Shown in pieces: positions 51,959 to 63,800 of a DNA stretch of 64,000 bases. The notes under the pieces are model-generated. The model searched no databases. It had not been told where the DNA came from and worked only from the letters and a program-made list of their open reading frames with translations. The number at the start of each line of letters is the position of its first letter. Position 1 is the stretch's first letter. The position numbers were made by a program, and so were the translations under genes. Source of the stretch: Dipteris shenzhenensis (lineage: Eukaryota); assembly GCA_047967505.1 (NCBI GenBank), contig CM106538.1; one strand, written 5' to 3'.

Positions 51959-52679
51959 CCTCCCTTAAGTGGGGGCCCTTTGGGACTCCCACAAAAAAAA
52001 AGGACGACGAAAAAAATAAATTAAATTAAATTTTAAATAAATAAATAAAATTTTAAAAATTAATTAAATTAATTAAAAAAAAAATCAAATAAAATAAAAT
52101 ATATTAAGATTAAATAAATCAATAAAATTAAAAAATTTTCAAAATTTTTTATTTTTAAAAAATGACCAAAAAAAATTCAATTTTAAATAAATAAATAAAT
52201 TTAAATAATTTAAATAAATAAAATCAAATAAAGTAAATAAAAAATAAATAAATTTAATTTCATTTAATTTAAAAATAGAAAAAATTATATTATATTATAT
52301 CTATATAAAATTAAAAAAAAGTAAAAATAAATAAATAAATAAAATTTTAAAAAAGTAAATTAAATAAAAATTAAAAAAATCAAACAAAATTTTAGAAAAT
52401 TTAAATTAATTTTTTTATCTATGTTTATAAAATATTTTGAATTAAATTATTTATGTAAAAAATATTAGATAAAAAAATAATATCTAGAAATATAAATATA
52501 TATTTTTAAAAATATATTTGAACTTTTAAAATTTCAATAAAATATAGTTGAAGTTTTGAAATTTTAACTAATTTTTAATTTTTAATACTTAAATATTTAA
52601 TTAGCAAATGTTTTAATATTTTGAGTTTGGAAATCATTGTAATCGTCATTTTTTGTTTTTGATTACTTTGCAGAAAACT

Positions 52680-55600
52680 ATGGCTTCGAGTTTTGGTTCC
52701 AAGGTGTCTTTCAAATATCTTGAACATGCTTGGTATTTTATGGAGCACAAATCAAAGTATTTGTTGGTGATCTTACTATCGAGAATGTGTCAAGCGTGAA
52801 ATATTCTCCAGAGGCAGTACAAAATGGTGGCATGGTCTCAACCATCAACATTAAAGAAAACAATTTGATAGAAGTTGTGTACAAAGGGAAGAATGACAAT
52901 GTGGTCTACAAGTTACGAGTTATGCACAAGCACTTCTTGAAGCCCTTACCAGATTCAATTGAGGGATCCCAAGAATTACTTAGTGCCTTGGAAGCATTGA
53001 AGAAAACGTGGGATGCATTTTCGAGTGGTGGTATTTTACCTTCAATAGCAGTAAGTATGCCATCTATAATATGTAGCCCTCAAGTTGTACCACCAATATC
53101 TGTGGTGATAACTACAGCTACATCTCCTGCAAGAGTAACTACAATATCTCCAACTGTACCTACACCATCGACTACTAGAACTATAGGAACAAGAAGGAGT
53201 GATCATGGAGTAGATTCAAGTTCCACAGCTATTCTTAGAAAGAGAGCCAAAATAACTCCTACTCCACGTGCAGATCGTTCAAGTGTAGGTTATTTAAAAC
53301 CAGGCAAAAAATTGGATAGTGATGATCAGGAGGATCCGCAAGAAGAAGATACAAGTCTCATAGACTTTTCTATAAGTGTGGCAGCAGACTTACATCCTCC
53401 AGAGGATGAGGGGTACATTTGGGGATTTTCACAATTCAGCATGGCCACAATGCTTATCGGTTGAGCTTCATTGTTCACAAATCAAAGAAAGCTAGATAAG
53501 ACATTTGCACACAAATTGTATGAAGATACGAGGAAAACAAGAACTCCAATTGCCACTAATTATATCACTCTTCATCCTATGGCATTTAAGAGACTTCAAG
53601 AAGATGATCCTACATTGCCTGATGTCACATTTCAAAAGCGCATGGTCTTTCATGATGCTTTTGAGAACTTTAGAAGGAGTGACTTTGTTCGTGAAGAGGC
53701 TTTGTACCAAAGCCGGTATGGGACTGACACTCGGGGGGGTCACTCATCATATGTAACCCTATCACGTGAGTTCAATAGAAGGATTTTTTTTATTTCTAAA
53801 ATTTACAGAAATAAATATACATAAGGGACTATTTAAAATAGTTTTGGAAAAAAATTACAGATTTGTATAGAAAAGGGGTATATTTTATTAATAAAATTTT
53901 TTACAGATAAGGGACTTTAAATATAGGCCTTGAACGCACGTGATATAGAGGGTTTATACATAGTGACCCCCCCGACATCAAGAAGAGATACATGCCGGCA
54001 AAGAATAGATTCCTGGAAAGATGCAGGTTTGAGCCCATTAATGGGCAACACTTTTGTGAAGCTTGCAAGATCGCCCTTGATGAGGGAAGAAAAGGAAACT
54101 TGCCACAGATTGAATGGATGGAAAAGTTTCAACGGGTCATTTGTCATGTATGCATATTGAACAATGGCTTGAAGTACATTTTAGAATCAAAAAGGCTGGC
54201 TTTATCATGAAGATCTTGGTTCTTCCTTTGAAGATCCTGCATAGAGTTATGCACTACAACAATGGTGCTATTTCCTAAATGTGCTAGCATCTCTACTTGG
54301 GCTCTGCGCATCTCACTTGCTTGCATAGCCACATTGACTGAGCATTGTTTAACCAATTGCAATAACCAAGCAACCTCGCATGTCCATTTCCAATAAACCA
54401 AACTAGCTCATGCTCCACATCAACTCCTTGATAAGACATGGGCTAGAAAGTGGTTGGCTTCAATGGATGCAGATTCCACACCAATAAAGGATCTAAGAGC
54501 TAAAATGCCAAAGGTTGTTGAGATAGAATATATGGACATCAAGAAAAAGGCCTTGTAGTCCATTGCCCAATGTAGAGCAATTGGTGGTTTAGATGATGGT
54601 TCTCCATTTAGCTTATCCTATGATATCTTACTATTAGAGAATGATACAAATTTTGCACACATCAATGGCATTGATACAGAGCATTTCATAGCAATGAGTG
54701 GTCATGCTTGGGAGAAGCCATGTGTATTTCATAGATGAATTGCAAGACCTTGCAGTGTCACGGATAGTTGAACTTGTGAGGTTTATCATACAAGGTCCTA
54801 TGGCAGATAAGAAAAGATCAACGTTGGTCCTGTTCATAATAGAATCACAAAGGGATGCCTTGTATTCGAGTTTGACATGTGCATTTGGGTATTTACTTCA
54901 AAAGTATACCATGGTATAGTCCTATGCAACCATATGACTATCTTGGAAGGCACTGCCATTCAAGTCTTGCAACCTTTCTTGATGTGCTTCTTATCCAGGG
55001 GTGGTGGCAATCTAATCGAAATTCATTTAAGGACTCTCGAGCTTCATTACTTTGAGGACAATAAGGTTAAGCTTGATGCAGCAGCAATGGTGGATTATAG
55101 AAAGCCGATGCATCCTACTGTGATACTAAAGATGACAAAGAATTTACTATATGATGGGTGGGAAGTAGCATTGTATCCAATGGGTTTTACTGCTGCTGAG
55201 AAATTTCTATGCTAAGTAGAAATGTAAATGTCATTAATACCCCCCATCAGATTGAGTTCTTTGACACATATTACAGTTGCACTACCTTCTTTGAAGAGGA
55301 AAATGTCAAAGAAGAGAGTAGTGAGGAAAATGTCAAAGACGAGGGTAGTGAGTCTGAGAGTGATGATTCTAGCTCAAGTGATGAAGAGGATGAAAGCTCT
55401 GAATCCAATGACTTATTCCAAGAAGAAATCCGCACAAATAATAAGGATGATCAATTGTCAACTAGAGTCAAGGAGGTTCCGCTCATTATACGAGAAGGCC
55501 CGCGGTAGCAAGAAGTAGTAGTACAGCACGTCATAGGAAAAGGTAAGGCTAAAGAGGTGGAAACACTTCCCTTGAAATTAAAAGTGAGGAAGGCACCCTT

Positions 55601-55937
55601 GATCTTGGGTGAAGGACATGCAAGTGGATCAAGCAAGGAAAGCAAAGCATGACCAGCCAGAGGAGTTACCAGGAGGCATAGATGGTTCTTCAACCATGAC
55701 CTTACAAACTCTAGAAACTCTAGAGCAGCCTACTAGTCAGGTGCTTGGAACTGAAGAGCAAACTATTGAGGACCTTGCTATAAGACTCCAGTCTTAGAGT
55801 AGCCTATTAGTCAGGATCTTGGTAGTCAAGGGCGCATTGAGGACATTGGTACTGTCTTAAAGTAGCCTATTAGTTAGGACCCTAGTAGTCAAGGGCTTGG
55901 CATTGAGGACATTGGTATTGAGGAACATGATGGCTGA
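52680..55937 (+). pseudogene. Large decayed multidomain gene (right paralogue): small beta-rich N-domain, S/T/P linker, ParB-like domain, possible degenerate methyltransferase-like fold, acidic tail
   Basis: TTTGCAG acceptor then ATG at 52680; ORFs 52730-53464, 53471-53780, AT-rich intron to 53906, 53992-54210 (FLERCRFEPINGQHFCEACK..YILESKRL), mostly open frames on to 55937. Confidence 0.6.
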
Positions 55938-56139
55938 CGGCTTTGTAATCACAAGTTTTGGACATCGCAAGTTTTGAACTTCTACGTAAAGCGAATATCT
56001 AATAAAAAGTTTACTTTTTTGATTTCTTTACTCTCATTATTGTGTATAAAGATTGTTTATGAGGTCCATTTTATACTTAATGGTGTATTTTAAACTTTAT
56101 GTCCATATATTTTTATAGTTAAGGGTGTTTTTTAATACC

Positions 56140-56380
56140 AAGTGAGGTGTATATGTACACCACTTACACATAAAAGGATTTATGTACACTACCTTTCTAA
56201 GGGGTTTATGTACACCACCTTTCTAAAAGAAATGGTCATAAAGGTGTGTGCACACCACTTATACATAAAGGTGTTTATTTACACCACCTTTTTAAGAGAA
56301 TTGGCTATTTATTGATGTTCTTAAGGTGATAGTAGCTCAATTCATAAGAAGTTATAAAGATGTTTATGTAGACCACTTTG
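56140..56380. repeat. ~6 short repeats of T(G/T)TA(C/G)AC(C/T)AC(C/T)T, each preceded by AGGTGT/AGGATT-like sequence
   Basis: Copies at ~56153, 56183, 56209, 56249, 56279, 56368. Confidence 0.7.
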
Positions 56381-56589
56381 AAAGAGATTTGGTTATGCAT
56401 TGATGTTCTCAGTACTTAACGACCAAATCTTTTGTTTTGAGTTGTCAAATCTAGTTCAAAAAACAACATTACTAGTATATTCAAAAATTTTGGACTGTTT
56501 TGTAGTCCATTTCTCAAATTGAACTTTGCACGAGTCCAAAATTTTTGAATAGTGTGTTCTTTTTTTTTGAGAAGGTAGAAATGGCAATG

Positions 56590-59500
56590 GAAGTAGTGCA
56601 ATAAGGCACATGGACGATCAAGAACCGACCCCTCTCTGTCTAGATGTGGGAACCTTCATTCAATCTAGACTCACCTCCGCCTACCAACGCGCCCATTTGT
56701 GTAGAGTTTCTAGACCTGCCCATGTCAATCTTTCCTCAGTTGGAAGCGCTTTGCCTCCCTCTTGGCCAGTTTTTAGGATTAGAAATGAAGAGATTCATAA
56801 GTCTTAGAAAAAATCCACTAGCCTATTTCCTTATGGACTTGTCTATAGATACTCCCAATGCCATCTGATTACTTGATGGTGACGGGTCTGAACTAATACA
56901 AAAGGTGTTCTACAAGAATATCCCAAACTCATGTTTTCTATGTGGTTTGGGCGGACACTTTATAAAAGACTGCCTTGCCCGCAACAGTCATGTGGTAAAG
57001 AGAAGCAAGCTGAGAAGAGTAAGGAGCCAGAGACACCGGAAAATACAAGGGTAGACGATCCAACTCCTCCACAGGAAGAGAAACAGAACCAGGTTAAAGA
57101 GAGTCGGGTAGAGATAGAAAAGAAAGGTAAACAAATAGAGGAAGAGAGGACCAATGGAGAGATCATGGAAGATAGCTTAGGAGAATAGGATTTTGTCCCC
57201 AACACATAGGATTTTGAAGCTCAATTAGAGCAAGCCGAACACAAAGCCATCTCACAGGATGAATAACCTTTCACCATTGTGAAGGGGAAAAGAACAATCC
57301 AAATTGAAAAAAAAAAAGGATAGCTCCCACCTAGATAACCCAACCAAGAAGAGCTTAGCAGAAAGAGAAAAGAGGAGGTTGTCTAGAGGCTTTAAGTTAT
57401 CTCCACAAATGAGCCTGATCAATTTCAAAAAGTTGAGGAATAAAAGCTCCACCCAATGATGAGTCAAAAAAAATTTATGTCTCTTAGTAAATGTTCAAGG
57501 GTTAACAAATGACTTGAAGCCCCTAGTTTTCAAGAGATGGTTGAGGACAAACAAGCTTTCCCTCAACTTCTTAGCTCTCCAAGAAGTCAAAGTTGGAGGA
57601 GCGAATCTTATCTAGCATCTAAAGCAAATCGATGACAAGAGAAGCTGGTTCACAATAGTCATGATGAAGGGAGAGGAGGTGCATTCATAGGTGTTGCAAA
57701 TCACCTAGTTCAAGGGGTAGCAAGAGTTTTACCGATTTGTGGCAAATTCGGGATTGGGGGTGGAATTTGTCATCCTAATCTCTCATGCCAGGTCTTCTTG
57801 GTGTATGCTCCAAATCAGGCTAGAGAGAGCAGAGCTCTTCTATGGGGAATCGTTCGCTTTGCAGACAATGTGCTTCTACTTTGAGACTTTAATATGGTTA
57901 AGAGTAGATTAGATAGGTGGGAAATAATAGGCAGTGTGATAAGAGGCCATGAAATGAATACGTGGATGCACCTCAAAGAAAGGGAAGAGCTGGTGGACAT
58001 ATCAAAAGAAACTACCTTTACTTGGACAAATAACCAGGTAAGACACCTCCATAGAAAAGGGCATTTGAATAGAGCATATTGCTTCAAGAGAATAGTTGAG
58101 GAGATGCTTTGTGTTAAGAGTAGAGCACTGGATACCCTCCCCTTCTTGGATCACAAACCCATTTTCATAGTCCTAGAAAAGGAAGAAATGATCATTGGTC
58201 GCTCTTGGTTTAAGGCCAATCCTTTCTTTTTTCAACTCTTGTACGTTAGGAATAAGATAGATAAAATCTGGCACAATGCCTTTGGGGGCTCAGCTAATCC
58301 AATAGATAAATGGATTAGAGCCATGGCTAGGACCAAAATTTTCTTACAAGAAATCAAGTGTAGAGCTGACAAAGCTAGGTCTCTTAGAACACAAAAGCTT
58401 GAAGATCATCTGGCTCTCCTTGAGCATGACAACACTGATCACAGTCAGAGGAAAATGAGGACACTCAGAGCTAAACTCAGAATAGAAGCAGAAATAGTAG
58501 CCAACCAGGCAAGGATTTACACACAGGATTAGTGGGAAAGAAGAGAAAATAAGGGTAATGAGGATATGTTGAAAAGCCTGAGGAAAAAACACACTAAAGA
58601 ATACCTAGAGGCTCTTCAAGTCGAAGATAGCCGCATTCAAGACCCGGTTGAAATTCTTGAGGTGATCTCATAACACTTTAACCAATTGCTAGGAGAGGAG
58701 GAAATCATCAGAATAGAAAAGGCTATAGCTCAAGGGAAATGTTGTAAAGTTAGAGAAAGAAAAGTCTCCTCTTTTGATAGCAATTATCTAGATAGAAACC
58801 TCACCTTAGAGGAACTAAAAGGTGTAGTAGATCAAAGGGGGAAGGTAAGACACTAGGAGAAGATGGCCTCCCTATAGAGTTTTATCATGTCTTTTGGGAA
58901 ACGGTAGGCCCCTATCTCATGTTGCTCTGGCAAGATTTCAAAGAGAAAGGGTTTTTAGACCCAAGAATAAACACAAGTATGATAAAACTTATCCCTAAGG
59001 GTGGACTAAAAGAGGAATTAAAGGACTAGAGGCCGTTGACCATGCTGAATTGCAACTATGAGATCTTTGCAAAGGCGCTTGCTTATTAAACTTAAAACCA
59101 AGATGCAATGCTAGATAAGGGAGGATAAAAGGGGGTTCATTCAAGGAAGACATATCCTTGAAGAAATTCTCACCTTGTGGGAAGGACTTGAACTGGCTGA
59201 GGAGACTCAGCAGGACATATGCTTCCTCAAAATAGACTTTGACAAAGCCTATCATAGAATGCAATGGGGTTTTATCTTGTCCTCCCTCAAAGAGATGGGA
59301 GTTGGTTAGATCTTATGTAGAAATTCTACTATGTCAAGCTAGAAGGTTGAAGAAAATGGTAGAATGACACAACCTTTTGGGCTTAAAAGATCAATCAGAC
59401 AAGGTTGCCTGCTAGCTCCTCTACTCTTTGCTATAGTTGCAGATGCACTAGGATGTCTTGTTAAGGATGAACTAGACAAGGGTCAAGTAAAAGGAATTCA

Positions 59501-60037
59501 GGTGGAAGGGGGTAGATAGATTATGTGCCAACAATTTGCAGATGACACAAATCTAACATCATACAATGATGAAGAGTCAGTACGAGTCATGTTGGAGTGC
59601 TTAAATATGTTTTGTATGGCCTCGGGATCCACGTTTAATCATGATAAAACAGGGATATATGGCACCTTGAGCCTTCCCCCCCTTTTTTGGTATAATAAGG
59701 GATGTAAATAGATTAGAAAAGGGGAGGTTTTCAGACTATTGGGAATCCCTATGGGCTTCGGTTGCACTATGCAGGACAGATGGGACTAGGTCTTAGATAG
59801 GGTCAAAAGCAAGGTGAACAGATGGCAAGGGCTGCAGCTGACTCTACCAAGAAGAAAGTTTATCCTCAACCACTACATCTACCCCTCCATTATCTACTTC
59901 ATTTCTTGCTAGTTCCCAACTAAGAAGTTCCTTAGATAAATAAACAACTTATTTAGATCTTTTCTCTAGGTAGGAGATGAGGTCAATCACAAGGTTCCTA
60001 AAGTTAAATGGCAAACTTGCACAAAGCCAACAGAAGT
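56590..60037 (+). mobile_element. Decayed L1-clade LINE (ORF1 zinc knuckle; ORF2 APE endonuclease + RT), 3'-truncated
   Basis: CFLCGLGGHFIKDC; NVQGL, LQEVK, DHKPI endonuclease motifs; KIDFDKAY, IRQGCLLAPLLF, QFADDT RT motifs. Confidence 0.92.
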
Positions 60038-60198
60038 TGTATTTTTTTGTAGTGACAGAATATTTTGCAGTGCTCTATAATGGCATCTGATGCTTGTTTA
60101 CAGATTATCACTGAAAAGCTTGACAAGAACAACTTCCAAGCATGGAAGTTTAGAATGACGAATTTCCTTAAGGGAAAAGGCTATTGGGAGCTCATTAC
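60038..60198 (+). mobile_element. Isolated ~160-bp Copia A leader/gag-start fragment
   Basis: MASDACLQIITEKLDKNNFQAWKFRMTNFL matches A2 (~11737-11897, reverse complement). Confidence 0.9.
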
Positions 60199-60504
60199 TA
60201 GAGCTAAACCTGCGCCGAGAGCTGCCTCCATGGCACTGCTGGTAAGCTTCGTGACTTTGCATGGACCATCCACCGGCAAGTGCAACCGGGCCGCTACCAG
60301 CTCCTTGCACAAGGTGAAAGTCTTTCCATACACCACGACCTTGCGCCCGCGTGCAAGCTGCACCAAGATATCTTGCGCCAATGGATGAACTGGTGTCGTA
60401 GCCCATGGCAAACCCGCGAACTCCACCAGACGAGCTCGTGTCAGCCAAGACTGCACAGCCTCATCCCCAACAGGTAACGGATTGATCAGATGGAAGACCA
60501 CCAT
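60199..60504 (-). CDS. Extra ORF downstream of the Gypsy pol (env-position accessory ORF), 3'-truncated
   Basis: MVVFHL..LVEFAGLPW..VVVYGKTFTLCKELVAARLHLPVDG resembles the V.G..i.l....ia..l.LP..G pattern of plant retrotransposon accessory ORFs; the frame is open back to the pol stop. Confidence 0.55.
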
Positions 60505-60824
60505 AGCGGCGAGAAGCTGGGATGCGAGGGAGAAGAGTTCTGGAAAACAAAGAGTCGGAAATAAGCCCCCTTTTGCTTCCAAATTGCCTTTTGGATGCCC
60601 TGGTGAACTCCTTGTTTGCATGCAACGATCAAGTGTCCCATCATCTTGATAAAAGCCCCACTTTGAAGATTCAGTAGATTGCATGGCGACGTCCTTGCTC
60701 CGCAACACGAAGCTTTGCTCCCACCGTTTCTCGGAATAAAGTGAGTGATACCACACGTGCGTACTAATAGCCCCCATCATCGGTTTCTCCACCGAAATGG
60801 CTACAAATGCATTTGAAATGATCT

Positions 60825-63800
60825 TCACAGTGGTATCTCCGGAAATGGGTAAGGTGGCATGGGCCCTGTATATGGTCGGAGACGAAATCCATTTACCGGC
60901 TTCTGCAACAGCTCCCCCTGTAGTGTTCCTAATCGGAACGTGCCGTCACCATAACGCTCCACCACCCAATACGGACCTCCCCACCGTAACTTCAGCTTAC
61001 CCGGATGCGGACCCATCCGAGTGTTAAACAATATCACGGCATCTCTCCGTTTGAAGGTCTTCTTCTTTGAATGACGGTCCACCCAGACCTTCCGTCTGTC
61101 CTGGACTACCTGTGCAAGATACGCACTGTTGAACCGCTCCTCACCCAGCCGATCCAGCTGCTCAATCCTCCGGTGTACGGACTCGTCCCAGCCCAATTTC
61201 TCTGCCGCTGCAATCCGCAGACTCGGTACTAGGAATTCCATGGGGACCACTGCTTCAACTCCGTAAACCAACTTGAATGGCGTGAACCCCGTCGCAACCT
61301 TATAGGAAGTCCGGAACGCCCATAATGCGGAGTAAAGTTTTTCATCCCAATCTGTCCGATTTTCATTGACCAGCTTTTTCAGAATGACTAGCAACACCTT
61401 ATTCGAGGACTCCGCCTGTCCGTTTGCCTGAGGGTAATACACTGTGGACTTCTTATGAATGATTAGGTGCCGGGTAACCAGTTCCCGTAACAGCGCATTA
61501 AGGAAATGCCCACCTTGATCTGTGACGAGCTCAACCGGACATCCGTACCGTGTCATAATGGCTTCATAAAGGAATCTGGCCACAGCCTTTGCCGAATTAT
61601 CCTTCAGTGCTCTGGCCTCCACCCATTTGGTACAGTAATCCGTCGCCACCAGGATATACCGGTTACCTGTCCTCCGCGCCGGCGGCGAAAACGGACCTAC
61701 AAAGTCCAGCCCCCACTTCATGAACGGTTCGAGGGCCAGTATGGGATTATGCGGCATCCGGTCCCGACCTGATGGCTGGCCCAACCTCTGGCACACATCG
61801 CATCTTTTGACGAACCTATGCGCATCCCCCATTAATGTTGGCCACCACAGACCTCCTTGGAGTACCTTCCGTCCGGTTACTTCTCCTGCGAAGTGTCCAC
61901 CGCTGATTCCTTGGTGAGCCTCTTCCAGGATGACCTCCTGCTCATGTGGGTACACACACCGTCGCAACACACCATCTAGCCCCTGCTTATACAATTGGTC
62001 AGCAATGATCCGGAAGTCTCTGCTCTTGAGCGCGAGCCGTTTCCGCTGGTCTCGCGACATTCCGTCGCGCATCTGGCCCGTGTCGACAAAGTGAAACATG
62101 TCATCGTACCACGTCTTTGGAGCTGCCGGTACCACCGCCTCCAGTTCGAACAGCTGGGCATCCGAAAAATCGTCTTCCACACCCATCGGGTCTTCGCCAG
62201 ATTCCAACCGCGAAAGGTAATCCGCTACGGCATGTGTACTTCCTGGTCGATGGACCACCGTGAAGTCGAACTCCTGTAAAAGCAGCATCCACCGGGCCAA
62301 CTTTCCAGTGAGCTCGGGCTTGTGTACCAAATACAACAAGGCGGAATGATCCACATGAAACGTGAACCGATTCCCCAACAGGTAGTGACGAAACTTTGTT
62401 ACGGAATAAATCATCCCCAATGCTTCCCGCTCCGTCGTAGAGTAATTCCGTTCGGCTTTTGACAACCTGCGACTTGCATAATACACCGGTCGGAACCACT
62501 TGCTTGTCGCTTCCTGCATGAGGACACTACCAATAGCCACGTCCGAGGCATCCACGAAGACATGAAACATCTTCGTCCAATCTGGCGGCTGAACCACCGG
62601 TGCTGTCGCCAACATCAGTTTGAGCCGTCGAAAAGCTAAGTCACAAGCAGGAGACCAGACTACCGGTACTTTGTTGAGTTGGTCATACAGTGGTGTCGCC
62701 ACATCCGCCAGATACCGTAGCATTCGGCTGTGCCATTTAACCTGCCCTAGGAATCTCACGAGCTGCTTACCGTTGCCAGGAACCTTGGCCTGCCGAATCG
62801 CTTCGACCTTCGCCGGATCTACCGCAATGCCTTCCGCCGAGATAATGCAACCCAGCAGCATACCGCTGCCCACGGCGAATGCACATTTCATAGGGTTCAG
62901 ACACAACCGTGCCTCCCTACACCGGGTTAAGCATTTCTTCAGATGCTCAAGGTGCTGCTTGCGACTCTTGAAAACACTGAAATCGTCCAGAAATACCTGC
63001 ATAAAGATTAGTAAATAATCATCAAATATTTCTTGGACCATGCGTTGAAATGTTGCCGGAGCATTCTTTAGCCCAAATGCCATCACCAGGAAAACAAATG
63101 CTCCCTTCTCCGTGATGAAGGCTGTTTTCTCTCGATCTTCTGGTGCCATCTGCACCTGGTTATACCCACTGAAGCCATCCAGAAAAGAATACATCTCGTG
63201 ACCTGCCACTGTATCCAGCATAGTATCATTAAACGGCAAGGGAAACGGATTCGTGATTGTCGCCGCGTTAAGCTTTCTGTAGTCAACACAGACCCGCAAC
63301 TTCAAATTCTTTTTCGGAACAATCACTATTGGCGAAAGCCACGTTGCACGGTCAACCGGATAGATAAACCCGACCTTTAGCAACCTGTCCAGCTCCTCCT
63401 TCACCCTCTGGGCATAGTTCGGGTTCATTCTATACCGTTGTTGCCGAACCGGTATCGCATCCTTCTGCAGATTGATCCTGTGCTGATAGAATTTGGGATC
63501 GATGCCGAGCAAATCTGTGTAGTCCCAGGCGAACACGTCTTTGAAGGATTTCAGCAATGTCTCCAATTTTCCCCGAAATCCTTTATCGAGCTTCGCACTA
63601 ACACGGACGTTCTTTGGCTCCTCCTCCGTCTCGAGGTTAAGATCCAGCAGCTCGTCTTCTTTGACCCTCCGTGAGCGACGGAGTTCCTGCTCGAAAACTC
63701 TTTCCGCCTCCGCCACTCCCGCTTCGTCCGGCATGTCTCCTGTGCCTTCCGGTAGACTCCCTTCGACTGGTTCTTTCGTGGAACTGGATGACTCCTGCGT

